From assembly GCA_963737545.1 (NCBI GenBank), contig CAVTTH010000006.1:119538-183537 (forward strand): DNA of 64,000 nt. Direction: 5' to 3'. This document shows positions 1 through 10,351 of the stretch, one piece after another (position 1 is the stretch's first letter; each line of letters starts with the position of its first letter). Position numbers and translations under genes: made by a program. This DNA is from an uncultured Verrucomicrobiae bacterium (GTDB lineage Bacteria; Verrucomicrobiota; Verrucomicrobiia; Chthoniobacterales; UBA10450). The notes under the pieces were generated by a model. It worked only from the letters and a program-made list of their open reading frames with translations. It had not been told where the DNA came from and made no database searches.

Positions 1-766
1 TAGTCATTTCACCGATGATTCCATAGACGGCGATGAGCATGAGGATGAACATCACTTCCGGGCGCCAGATCATTTGGAAAACCCGCTCTGAAAGTGATGG
101 GCCGATCTCTTCGATGTTCGCGCCGCTGGTGTTGAGCTTCCTCCCATTCACTTCGCGACCGTTGAGCTGGGTGAGCAGGTCGCTCGCGTCTTTGGCAATG
201 ATCTCGACGACTTTGAGTTCGAGCGCTTTGTTGGCGGTGATCGACGCGCTTTCTTTCACTGACGATCGGGCCCACTCGACATTTCGCTTTCGCTTTACCG
301 CGATTGTCTCGATGTAACTGATCGCGTAATTCTCCAGCTTCGTTTTCATGGTCTCGTCGACTTTTTGTTCGTTTCCGCCACCGCCGCTCATTTCCACGGG
401 ATGCGCGGCGCCGATCGTTGTCGCCGGTGCCATTGCGGTGACGTCGGCTGCCAGCGCGATGAAACATCCCGCGCTCGTCGCGGTTGCACCCGAAGGTGCC
501 ACGTAAACGACCGTCGGGATCGGCGAGGCCAGCATTTCCTGGACGATCGTTTTGGTCGATTCGAGTAAACCGCCGGGCGTGTCGAGTTGGATAATGAGGC
601 ATTGCGCGCCTTGCTCCTGCGCTTCGTGGATTCCGCGCGAGATGTAGCCGGCGGTCGCCGGTCCGATGGCCCCGTCCACCTTGATGCGAGCGACCCTGTC
701 GGCCTGGGCACTGGAAATAAGCGCCAGCAATACGAGAACGACTGAACTCCATCGAGCGCAGTTCAT
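1..766 (-). CDS. NfeD-like membrane-bound serine protease (ClpP fold); 3' end runs off the window
   Basis: Own translation from the reverse-strand ATG at 766-764: MNCARWSSVVLVLLALISSAQADRVARIKVDGAIGPATAGYISRGIHEAQEQGAQCLIIQLDTPGGLLEST...ATSAGCFIALAADV. This is a signal peptide followed by NfeD/ClpP-type motifs. It is absent from the ORF track because it is open at the window edge. The listed Arg-rich 9..752 ORF is an off-frame shadow. Confidence 0.65.
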   Translation of the reverse strand, partial: MNCARWSSVVLVLLALISSAQADRVARIKVDGAIGPATAGYISRGIHEAQEQGAQCLIIQLDTPGGLLESTKTIVQEMLASPIPTVVYVAPSGATATSAGCFIALAADVTAMAPATTIGAAHPVEMSGGGGNEQKVDETMKTKLENYAISYIETIAVKRKRNVEWARSSVKESASITANKALELKVVEIIAKDASDLLTQLNGREVNGRKLNTSGANIEEIGPSLSERVFQMIWRPEVMFILMLIAVYGIIGEMT

Positions 767-935
767 CACAAGCACCCTACCACGCGGAAGCATGCCTTCA
801 AAATGTCGCCACGGCTTAATCACTAACGGTTTTCATTCGGAATAAAAAGCTCGCCAGGAGCCAATTGATTCTTGCAAAAATCCCCCTTTAATTTTGAAGA
901 GATTTCGAGTTGTTAAGTAAAACCGGAGGTTACCT

Positions 936-2324
936 ATGAGTAGTTCGCTTAGTGAAGATTCCATCAAGGAACTAAAAACAAGACTGAGAGGGGAGGTGAT
1001 CGAACCTCGCGATGCGGGCTATGATGAAACCCGCAGGGTTTACAATGCCATGATCAGCAAGAAGCCGCGTCTGATCGCGCGCTGTGCGGATGTGGCGGAC
1101 GTAATCAGCTGCGTCAATTTTGCGAGAGAGCAGCATTTGCTTCTTGCCGTTCGAAGCGGAGGGCATAACGCGGGCGGCCTCGGGATTTGCGATGACGGCC
1201 TCGTCATTGATCTGGCGCTGATGAAATACACCCGAGTTGATCCCGCAGCCGCTACTGTAACTGTCGGTGCGGGATGCACCTGGGGTGACGTAGATCATGC
1301 CACGCATGTGTTCGGCCTCGCCACTCCGAGCGGAATTATTTCTACGACTGGCGTGGGTGGATTGACGCTCGGTGGAGGAGTCGGGCATCTCACCCGCAAG
1401 TGTGGCCTAACGATTGATAATCTCATCTCGGCCGATCTCGTTCTGGCGGATGGAAAATTTGTAAGAGCGAATGCGAACGAGAACACTGATTTGTTCTGGG
1501 CGATCCGTGGCGGTGGCGGGAATTTCGGCGTGGTCACTTCTTTTACGTTCAAGCTACACCGAATTGATACCGTCTATGGCGGTCCGATGCTGTACGAGCT
1601 CAGTGAGACGGCCGAGGTGATGAAATGGTATCGCGAGTTAATTAAGAAAGCTCCCGATGACTTGAATGGCTTCTTTGCGTTTCTGACGGTGCCGCCGGGG
1701 CCTCCTTTCCCGGAACATCTTCACATGAAAAAAATGTGCGGCATCGTGTGGGCATGCACTGAACCGCTCGCAAAAGCGGAGGAAACATTCAAACCGATCC
1801 GCGCTTTCAAGAAGGCTGCGCTCGACCTGGTCGGGCCCTTGCCGCAGCCAGCTTTGCAAAGCATGTTCGATGTGCTCTATCCACCGGGTTTGCAGTGGTA
1901 TTGGCGCGCCGATTTTGTGAATGAGTTAGGCGACGAGGCAATTGCCCTCAATGCTCGCTTTGGGAGCGAGCTTCCGACCATGCATTCCCTGATGCATTTG
2001 TATCCCATCAACGGCGCCGCCGCGCGCGTCGGAAAAGACGATACAGCTTGGAATTACCGCGATGCCACCTGGGCGCAAGTAATATGCGGGGTCGATCCTG
2101 ACGCGGCGAACAACGAAAAGATTATTTCGTGGACGAAGAATTACTATGACGCGCTTCATCCTTATTCGGCCGGTGGGGCTTATGTGAACTTTATGATGGA
2201 TGAGGGAGAGGAACGCGTGAAAGCAACCTATGGGGATAATTACGAAAGGCTGGTCGCGATCAAGAACAAGTACGATCCTCAGAATCTCTTTCGCGTGAAT
2301 CAAAACATCAAGCCGGCGGGTTAG
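936..2324 (+). CDS. FAD-binding oxidoreductase, berberine-bridge-enzyme-like (FAD_binding_4 plus C-terminal BBE domain)
   Basis: 462-aa ORF. It has GGHN..GG FAD-binding motifs (VRSGGHNAGG), the pattern GGGGNFGVVTSFTFKLH, and a C-terminal YDPQNLFRVNQNI typical of the BBE domain. Confidence 0.9.
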   Translation: MSSSLSEDSIKELKTRLRGEVIEPRDAGYDETRRVYNAMISKKPRLIARCADVADVISCVNFAREQHLLLAVRSGGHNAGGLGICDDGLVIDLALMKYTRVDPAAATVTVGAGCTWGDVDHATHVFGLATPSGIISTTGVGGLTLGGGVGHLTRKCGLTIDNLISADLVLADGKFVRANANENTDLFWAIRGGGGNFGVVTSFTFKLHRIDTVYGGPMLYELSETAEVMKWYRELIKKAPDDLNGFFAFLTVPPGPPFPEHLHMKKMCGIVWACTEPLAKAEETFKPIRAFKKAALDLVGPLPQPALQSMFDVLYPPGLQWYWRADFVNELGDEAIALNARFGSELPTMHSLMHLYPINGAAARVGKDDTAWNYRDATWAQVICGVDPDAANNEKIISWTKNYYDALHPYSAGGAYVNFMMDEGEERVKATYGDNYERLVAIKNKYDPQNLFRVNQNIKPAG

Positions 2325-2329
2325 AGTCG

Positions 2330-2842
2330 ATGAACGCCGATGTCCTTAGATCTTTGCAGGCGCCCATCAAAGAGCAGTATCGAGAACGTCCGGCCACGGC
2401 GTTGATCACGCTCCGAGCCGAGGGCCGCATCGGTGAAGGGATCACGTGTAAAATAGGGACCGGTAAGGCGCTTGTCGAAGCAGGGCTTCATCCGGCGACC
2501 GGAGGCGACGGACTGAGCGCGTGTTCGGGCGATATGCTTCTGGAGGCGTTGGTGGCCTGTGCAGGTGTTACGTTAGGCGCGGTGGCGACTGCGTTGGGCG
2601 TTCAACTTCGAGATGCAAGGATTCACGCTGAGGGCGATCTCGATTTTCGCGGAACGCTGGGAGTCTCGAAGGAAGTTCCGGTAGGGTTTCGACGGATCCG
2701 GCTGCGTTTCGATCTCGATACCGACGCGAGCGAAGAACAACTAACAACTTTGCTTCGGCTGACCGAACGCTATTGCGTCGTTTACCAGACGCTCAGTCAT
2801 CCTCCCGAGATCGAGGTTGCCCGTTCCATCGCGCCGCGGTGA
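2330..2842 (+). CDS. OsmC family protein
   Basis: 170-aa ORF of OsmC/Ohr-like size and pattern (GGDGLSACSGDMLLEALVACAG..., C-terminal TERYCVVYQTL). It starts 5 nt after the upstream gene. Confidence 0.75.
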   Translation: MNADVLRSLQAPIKEQYRERPATALITLRAEGRIGEGITCKIGTGKALVEAGLHPATGGDGLSACSGDMLLEALVACAGVTLGAVATALGVQLRDARIHAEGDLDFRGTLGVSKEVPVGFRRIRLRFDLDTDASEEQLTTLLRLTERYCVVYQTLSHPPEIEVARSIAPR

Positions 2843-2881
2843 ATTTGCAGTCACGCATCTTTGTTATTACTTACAAGTCGT

Positions 2882-3730
2882 ATGCCCACTTACATGGACA
2901 TTCACGAGATTCCTGGTGGTGTGAGTGCGGAAGAAATCGCCAAGGCCCACGCGCACGATCTCGAGGTGCAGGAGAAATACGGCGTTAACTACCACAGGTA
3001 TTGGATCAACGAGAAAGCGGGCAAGGTATTTTGCCTTTGCCACGCGCCCAGCGCCGAAGCCGCGAACCAGGTTCATCGTGAAGCGCACGGCCAGGTCGCG
3101 GTAAAGATCATTCCGGTAGAGTCCGATGTGGCTGACTTGTTCCTTGGTGGCAGCGAAGTAAATGCCGAAGGAGCAGCGCTGCTTCCCGGCGATACCGATG
3201 CGCGAGATCCCGGAATCCGGACCGTCGTCTTCACGGATATCGTGGGTTCTACGAATCTTACTCAAGCGATGGGAGATGAAGCGGCGATGGCTCTGATTGA
3301 ACTTCACGATCGCATCGTTCGTGGTGCTTTGACCGCTTTGGGCGGTCGCGAAATCAAGCACACCGGAGACGGCATCATGGCGTCTTTCGTTTCGGCAGCA
3401 GCGGCGGTCAAATGCGCAAGTCGAATTCAGCGCGAGGTGATCAGTCACGGCCAAAAGAACAGCGATCGGTCAATTCAAATTCGTGTGGGTGTCGCAGCGG
3501 GAGAGCCCGTCGAGCACCACGACGATTTATTTGGATGCACCGTGCAGCTCGCTGCCCGTCTCTGTTCTCACGCGCAGCCCGAGCAAATTCTGGTGTCGAA
3601 TGTGGTGGCGGAGTTGTGCATCGGAAAAAGTCTGACATTTCGCGCGCTCGGTGAAGTTTCCCTCAAAGGCTTTGACCAACCGGTGCCGGTTCACGCGGTC
3701 GAATGGCCAGCGGAACGTGTCGCGTCTTAG
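2882..3730 (+). CDS. DUF4242-like N-terminal domain fused to a class III adenylate/guanylate cyclase catalytic domain
   Basis: The N-terminus MPTYMDIHEIPGGVSAEEIAKAHAHDLEVQEKYGVNYHRYWINEKAGKVFCLCHAPSAEAA matches the DUF4242 pattern. The C-terminal half has cyclase motifs: VVFTDIVGST, KHTGDGIMASF, RVGVAAGEPV. Start chosen at the internal ATG (2882). Confidence 0.8.
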   Translation: MPTYMDIHEIPGGVSAEEIAKAHAHDLEVQEKYGVNYHRYWINEKAGKVFCLCHAPSAEAANQVHREAHGQVAVKIIPVESDVADLFLGGSEVNAEGAALLPGDTDARDPGIRTVVFTDIVGSTNLTQAMGDEAAMALIELHDRIVRGALTALGGREIKHTGDGIMASFVSAAAAVKCASRIQREVISHGQKNSDRSIQIRVGVAAGEPVEHHDDLFGCTVQLAARLCSHAQPEQILVSNVVAELCIGKSLTFRALGEVSLKGFDQPVPVHAVEWPAERVAS

Positions 3731-3797
3731 CCGCCTCTATTGCGCTACGAATTTTTCCCGGTCGTGATCGCCTGATTTCGGAGACACTTCGGCCACG

Positions 3798-4520
3798 CTA
3801 ACGAAAGATCCGCGGCAGCGGTGTCGAGCTGTCCCGCTCATGACCGACGATCTCACTCTGGATCGTTCGACGGTCGACGCGGGTGAGATTCTTCTCGAGC
3901 GCGGGCTTGAAGAGCGGGATGTGCGGAATCACATACAGATAGGCCGGCACGAACCAGATATCTTTCTCCGATGTCATCCATTCCTCTCGATCGAAGCGCG
4001 CCAGATTCACCGGACGCGAGTAGCGACGGAGAGTGCGTTCGCCGCGCATATTGAAATAAATGTGGAAATAACTTAACGCCAGTTCCCGCGGCGTTCGATA
4101 GATCGGATCGCGATATCGGCACCCGGTATAATTCGATTTCCCCACCGCCCCCCAGTGCCCGCGCACTTTGAAAATCGCGATGACATGATCGACATCACGG
4201 TCCGCTTCCAGATCGAGCAGCAACGGCGGGAAGCCAAGTACGCGCAAGGCCGCCGCGGCGAGGATCGCTCCCTCCAGGCAATGTGCCGTTCGTTCCCGCA
4301 AAGCGACCCGCGGTGACCACGCCGATATTTCCTGGTGATACGGCATCTCGTCGAGGAATCGCTGAATACCGGCGGGCGTTTTTAGCGACCGAAACTTCCG
4401 CCGTTCTGATGGAGTAAACCTGTTCTTCATGGTGAGTGCGAAATCGGAGTAGCTCGGGATGACACCCTTGAATGCGAGCAGACAGTTGACGTTGCCGGCG
4501 TCAAACCGCAAGTGTTCCAA
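3798..4520 (-). CDS. Hypothetical protein with a transglutaminase-like cysteine-peptidase signature
   Basis: 240-aa ORF. AHCLEGAILAAAALRVLGFP followed by DVDHVIAIFKVRGHWGAVGKSN resembles the Cys/His core of transglutaminase-like folds. Start uncertain (alternative internal MKNRF). Confidence 0.45.
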   Translation of the reverse strand: MEHLRFDAGNVNCLLAFKGVIPSYSDFALTMKNRFTPSERRKFRSLKTPAGIQRFLDEMPYHQEISAWSPRVALRERTAHCLEGAILAAAALRVLGFPPLLLDLEADRDVDHVIAIFKVRGHWGAVGKSNYTGCRYRDPIYRTPRELALSYFHIYFNMRGERTLRRYSRPVNLARFDREEWMTSEKDIWFVPAYLYVIPHIPLFKPALEKNLTRVDRRTIQSEIVGHERDSSTPLPRIFR

Positions 4521-4522
4521 AC

Positions 4523-5632
<1,110 letters not shown>

Positions 5633-5641
5633 CCGAGACGG

Positions 5642-6439
5642 CTACTCCATCGCGCGGACGATGTAGGTACCGGCTTGCTTGTCGTCTTCGAGTTTGAGCA
5701 GACCGCGTTTTTGCGCCTCGAGGAGCAGGTCGTTGAAGGCACGAAAACCGTGCGCGCGTTCGTTGAATCCCGGGTTTTGACGTTTCATCGCCTGCTTCAT
5801 TAGCGAGCCGCGAATTGGATAATCGTCACCTCGCTCGGCGCGCAGCGCCTCCAGCGTTTTCATTAGAAGATGGAGAGCCGCATCGCTGGAGGGTCCGTGA
5901 TCTTTGCTGGCTTTCGCGACCGACGGAGTCGCCGCAGTGCCGGAGCGTCTCTTCGCCGGTTCCGCGCGCACGAGATCGTCGTAATAAAGAAATTCGTCGC
6001 AGTTGTCCCGGAAAAGATCGGAGGTCGACTTCTTCACCCCAACGCCGATCACGGTCTTGGCGTTCTCGCGCAGTTTGCTCACGAGCGGGGAGAAATCTGA
6101 GTCGCCGCTAATGATGACAAAACTGTCGACGTGACTCTTGGTGTAGCAAAGATCGAGCGCATCGACCACCATGCGAATGTCGGCCGAATTTTTCCCGGAC
6201 TGGCGCACATGCGGGATTTCGATCAACTCGAACGCGGCCTCGTGCAGCCCGCGCTTGAATGACTTGTAGCGGTCGAAATCACAGTAGGCCTTCTTGACAA
6301 CGATGTGTCCTTTGAGCAGCAAACGCTCGAGCACTTTTCGGATATCGAACGCAGGGAATTGTGCCTCGTGCGCGCCGATCGCGATGTTCTCCAAGTCGAG
6401 GAAGACGGCCATCGTAGCTTCAGAATCGGGAATGCTCAT
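5642..6439 (-). CDS. NYN-domain (LabA-like) protein with a C-terminal OST-HTH/LOTUS domain
   Basis: 265-aa ORF. VFLDLENI...KAYCDF...SADIRMVVDALDL...FVIISGDSDFSPLVSKLRE is the NYN pattern. The C-terminal region (PIRGSLMKQAMKRQNPGFNERAHGFRAFNDLLLEAQKRG) is LOTUS-like. Confidence 0.85.
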   Translation of the reverse strand: MSIPDSEATMAVFLDLENIAIGAHEAQFPAFDIRKVLERLLLKGHIVVKKAYCDFDRYKSFKRGLHEAAFELIEIPHVRQSGKNSADIRMVVDALDLCYTKSHVDSFVIISGDSDFSPLVSKLRENAKTVIGVGVKKSTSDLFRDNCDEFLYYDDLVRAEPAKRRSGTAATPSVAKASKDHGPSSDAALHLLMKTLEALRAERGDDYPIRGSLMKQAMKRQNPGFNERAHGFRAFNDLLLEAQKRGLLKLEDDKQAGTYIVRAME

Positions 6440-6558
6440 CAGACAGGCACGTTAGCGACATCCGAGCTGTGAGACAGCGAAAATGTTCGTCAAGCGGTGG
6501 GAGTGCGCCTGCACTAACAAATCAGTGTCGGCATGTGAGCTGCTTTCCTTTACTCGGT

Positions 6559-6915
6559 ATGCAGCTAACTCGCGCTCTCAATCCGCGTGCGACTCCCATC
6601 GAATCCGTTTCCGGGCAGCGTCGAAGTCACTCAGCGAAACTTGTCGCCCACGGTGGCTCGAAGGAGGCGGTTGCCGAGATCAACGCCTACATCGCGATTC
6701 GGGACATCTATCTCGCGGAAGCCGAAGAAGTCGCGAGCGACGCGACGTTGTATCGTGCGGGCGTGGCCAACGATTTGGTCGCGACCTGTGTGAAACCGGC
6801 GCGATCGCCCTACGAGGCGCAGCATCTCCCGGAAGCTGAGGCAGTCCGCGAGCGCGCACGGTGCGAGACAGTGAAAGCGCGCCTTGCCGAGCTCGCACGC
6901 GCAACCGCAGCCTAA
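6559..6915 (+). CDS. Hypothetical protein (weak call)
   Basis: This is the only sizeable ORF in an otherwise unassigned 470-nt gap. It has no recognisable motif and overlaps the convergent PEP-CTERM gene end by 4 nt. Confidence 0.2.
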   Translation: MQLTRALNPRATPIESVSGQRRSHSAKLVAHGGSKEAVAEINAYIAIRDIYLAEAEEVASDATLYRAGVANDLVATCVKPARSPYEAQHLPEAEAVRERARCETVKARLAELARATAA

Positions 6916-7586
6916 GCGCGCGCCGTCGTCCGGCGGCGCAGCCGTGCAGCGAGAACTCCCCCAAGGCCGAGCAAAATCCACGAGGCCGGCTCAGGAACCG
7001 CGCTGATGTTATCGATGCCGACCTGGCCTTCGATCACGTCGCCATTGAGATCGGCCGTGCCGACTTCGTTGATGATGCGCATCTCTCCGGGATTAGAAAA
7101 AAAAGTGTCGAAGTCGGATGGCCCTCCAACTGCGATCATGCTCCCGGCATTGATGAGGAAGACCGCATGATACCAGGTCCCGTCTGCCGGAAGAATGAAC
7201 GCGGCGCTCAAATAACCCGGCGCGCCGAAGGTGCTGTCTTGTTTGAAAGCAATCCGCATGGACAGTTCCACCGCTCCTGAATTTCTCAGATCAATCTCAA
7301 TACTTGTCACTCCAGCCGTGATGTAATTCCCGAGCCATTGACTGGTGTTGAAGACGGTGAGCCTGCTGCCAGGTCCCGGCATACCGTTGGATGTGACTTG
7401 GAGAAACTGGTCGCCGACGCCCATCGGACCTCCGTCAGGAATGATCACCGCGGTACCGGCGTTGTTGCCCCAGCCCTCCGGAGAACCATCCTGGAAATCA
7501 TCGAGTTGGCCGACGACTACCGCGTGAGAAAATCGCGCTGATGCCAGGCAGATCAGGAACACTAACAACGTGAGGCGAAAGTTCAT
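6912..7586 (-). CDS. PEP-CTERM sorting-domain secreted protein
   Basis: 224-aa ORF with an N-terminal signal peptide (MNFRLTLLVFLICLASARFSHA). The C-terminal VPEPASWILLGLGGVLAARLRRR is the PEP-CTERM motif, a TM helix and a basic tail. Confidence 0.9.
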   Translation of the reverse strand: MNFRLTLLVFLICLASARFSHAVVVGQLDDFQDGSPEGWGNNAGTAVIIPDGGPMGVGDQFLQVTSNGMPGPGSRLTVFNTSQWLGNYITAGVTSIEIDLRNSGAVELSMRIAFKQDSTFGAPGYLSAAFILPADGTWYHAVFLINAGSMIAVGGPSDFDTFFSNPGEMRIINEVGTADLNGDVIEGQVGIDNISAVPEPASWILLGLGGVLAARLRRRTTARA

Positions 7587-7635
7587 GGGCGAGAAATTAA
7601 GCGAGCGAAACGGAGCGTTGCAAGAATGAACCCCA

Positions 7636-8871
7636 CTATTCCCGACCCCAGATCATGGCGACTGAAGTCGTTAGGCTGCCGCCCATGTTGAAAGTGAGAA
7701 TTTTTTTCGCGTTTTCGATCTGACGCGCGCCCGCCTGATTCGTGATCTGCTGATACGCCTCGAACACCTGACGCACGCCCGTCGCACCGACCGGATGTCC
7801 GTCGCCGATCAGGCCACCCCCGGCATTGACCGGAATTTCGAAATCGATTTTGCCGCTGACGTGCTCGCCGCGCACCTGGGGCAACGCCGTCGCACCGCTG
7901 ATCGCCAGCTCCGCGCCTTTGCCGGACTCGGCCAGGCCAAGAATTTCGTAGGCGATGAGCTCGGTAATCGAGAAACAGTCGTGGACTTCCGCGCCCTGCA
8001 GGTCGCGAGGCTTCGCGTTCGCCATCGAAAATGCGTTGGTCGCCGCTTTCCGCGCGGTCGAGAATGTCGGCGCATCTTTTTTCTCGAGCGCCAGATAATC
8101 GGTGGTGTGACCAAAGCCGAGCAGACGTGCGGACTTGGATTTGTCGCGTCCGATTCTTGTCAGGTACTTCTCGGAACACAAAACGAGCGACGCGGCACCA
8201 TCCGTGATCTGCGAGCAATCGGAAACTTTGAGCGGAGGCGCAACGCTCGGATTCTTGTCGGAAACCTGCGAGGCGCAATCGTAGGTCAGATCCGCGTCCC
8301 GCATCTGCGCCAGTGGATTGAGCTTGGCATGCGCGTAATTTTTGTATGCGACCTGCGCCAGAGCGTTCGGGGAGACGCCATATTTATCGATGTAAATCTG
8401 CGCGATCTTCCCGAACAACTTCGGGAACATGAAGTCGCCGTATTCCGGTTTCTCGATGTGATAGTCGGCCGCGGCGCCGAGAACATCGGAGCCATCGAGC
8501 GACGACATCGTCTTCTGCTGTTCGGCGCCGACCACGAGCACCACGTCGTAAAATCCGCCCATGATCCATTGCGATGCGAGCAAAACCGAGAGCGCGCCCG
8601 AAGCACACGCTGCTTCGGTGTGCATGGTGGGAATACCATGCAGCTTCGGATCGATCTCCGGCAGAAACGCGCCGAGATGCAGCTGCTTGGTAAATTGCCC
8701 CGCATTAAAATTGCCGACCGCGCCGGCTTTGATTTCGCCCGGATCAATCTTCGCATCGGCGATTGCTTTTCTTCCCGATTCCGTGATCAGGTCGCGGATG
8801 GTTTTGCCTTCCTTCTTCAGGTTACGCTTAAAATCGGTTCGGCCGCCGCCGAGAATGTAAACTTCGTTCAT
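7636..8871 (-). CDS. Thiolase-family acetyl-CoA acyltransferase
   Basis: 411-aa ORF. It has an active-site-like EAACASGALSV, a C-terminal NAGGGLIGDGHPVGATG, and thiolase length. Confidence 0.9.
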   Translation of the reverse strand: MNEVYILGGGRTDFKRNLKKEGKTIRDLITESGRKAIADAKIDPGEIKAGAVGNFNAGQFTKQLHLGAFLPEIDPKLHGIPTMHTEAACASGALSVLLASQWIMGGFYDVVLVVGAEQQKTMSSLDGSDVLGAAADYHIEKPEYGDFMFPKLFGKIAQIYIDKYGVSPNALAQVAYKNYAHAKLNPLAQMRDADLTYDCASQVSDKNPSVAPPLKVSDCSQITDGAASLVLCSEKYLTRIGRDKSKSARLLGFGHTTDYLALEKKDAPTFSTARKAATNAFSMANAKPRDLQGAEVHDCFSITELIAYEILGLAESGKGAELAISGATALPQVRGEHVSGKIDFEIPVNAGGGLIGDGHPVGATGVRQVFEAYQQITNQAGARQIENAKKILTFNMGGSLTTSVAMIWGRE

Positions 8872-9066
8872 TGCCCAATTAACTTAACCAAAGTAAATGC
8901 GCTGTCATCCGGTGAGCGTAATTGTCTAATATTTGGCAAGCGATCATGCCTGGCCCAGACGAACTAACGCAAAGCGACGCCGCCAGTCGTCTACGCCAAT
9001 TTGGCGGCAACGATCCGCAGCGCAGCACGATGTCAGCCGTGACGCGGATGGTGGCCTAACGATTCC

Positions 9067-10346
9067 ATGGAAACGTTTGCCTTGATCAATCTCGCCTCGG
9101 TCGCGCAGCCGCTCTCGCACCAAAAGCCGGTCATCCTGTCGATCTTCGCCATCACCTATCTCGGGATCGCAATCGGACGAGTGCCCGGCTTGAAACTCAA
9201 TCGCGTTGGGATCGCGTTGCTCGGCGCCATCGCGATGATGATTTTCGGCGGCATCGCCACCGATGACGTCATTTCCTACATCAACTGGCCTACGATTTTC
9301 CTGTTGTTCGGATTTTTTGTCATCTCGGCCCAACTTCGTTTGTCCGGATTCTATGACAAAGTCGCCCATGGCATCGCTACGCGACTGGGCCATCCGGCGC
9401 GGTTCCTCATGTTGTTGATGGCGGTGACAGCCGGCCTCTCCGCGCTATTGAATCACGACATCGTTTGCTTCGTCTTTACCCCGATCGTTGGCGCGGCCCT
9501 TCTCCAAAGACAACTTAACCCCATTCCATTTTTGATCGCGCTGGCGGTCGCCAGCAACATCGGCGCGGCGGCAACGATCATCGGCAATCCGCAGGACATG
9601 ATGATTGCGCAGGTGGCGCATTTGGACTTCGGCCGTTACCTGCTTTGGTGCGCTCTTCCCGTTATCGTCGCGCTCGCGCTTGGCTACGTCATTATCTGGC
9701 AAATGTCGCGGAGACATCTTCAATCAATCCGTTGCCGGCCAAATCCAAGTCAGAACAAACCGCTCAACCGTACAATCGGTTTCACACCATCAAAGGTTTG
9801 GTCATTCTCGTCGTCGTCATCGGATTGTTCTTCTCGCCGTTGCCGAAGGAGCTAATTGCCCTGGCTGCCGCCGGCATTCATCTCGCCAGCACAAAATTTC
9901 GGACCGACGACCTGTTGCGATTGGTGAACTGGCCAATTCTCATTTTGTTCATGGGCCTGTTTGTTGTCACCGGAGCTTTTCAATCCACCGGCTATGGCGA
10001 TCAAGCCGTCCGTTCGTTAGCGCACGGCGGTTTTAATCTGAGCGCACCGGTCAATCTCACTTTGACCACGGCCGCTCTATCCAATCTAATCAATAACTCG
10101 GCGGCCGTGATGTTGCTGCTCAAGGTTGTCGACGTTTCCCATCCCACGACGGCTTACATCCTGGCATTGGCCAACAGTTTTGGCGGCAGCCTCATCATCG
10201 CCGGCAGTGTCTCTAACATCATCGTCGTGCAGCAGGCACGCGAGCTGGGTGTGAAAATTTCCTTTCGCGACTTCGCTCGCCTCGGCGTCCCGGTGACGCT
10301 GGCGGCGCTGGGAGGATTGTTGGTCTGGGTCGTGTGCGCAGGTTAA
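9067..10346 (+). pseudogene. ArsB/NhaD-superfamily anion permease, split by a -1 frameshift near 9715-9730
   Basis: ORFs 9067..9855 and 9645..10346 are the N- and C-terminal halves of one multi-TM permease. The C-terminal half has LVNWPILILFMGLFVVTGAFQSTG and NLINNSAAVMLL. The total length of 1280 nt is not divisible by 3. Confidence 0.75.
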
Positions 10347-10351
10347 AAGCT

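Noticed and set aside
9-752. A 247-aa Arg/His-rich ORF on the minus strand.
   Set aside because: Its composition is typical of an off-frame shadow in GC-rich DNA. Another minus-strand frame, starting at 766, gives a clean NfeD-like protease sequence.
8946-9059. A short ORF, MPGPDELTQSDAASRLRQFGGNDPQRST..., resembling the N-terminal segment of P-type cation ATPases, just upstream of the permease.
   Set aside because: It is only about 37 codons and the resemblance is to a low-complexity-like helix. It cannot be distinguished from chance without a search.
9720-9727. Phase variation by slipped-strand mispairing at TCAA-TCAA in the permease.
   Set aside because: Two copies of a tetranucleotide are far too few for a contingency locus. 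A one-off deletion or a consensus error explains it better.
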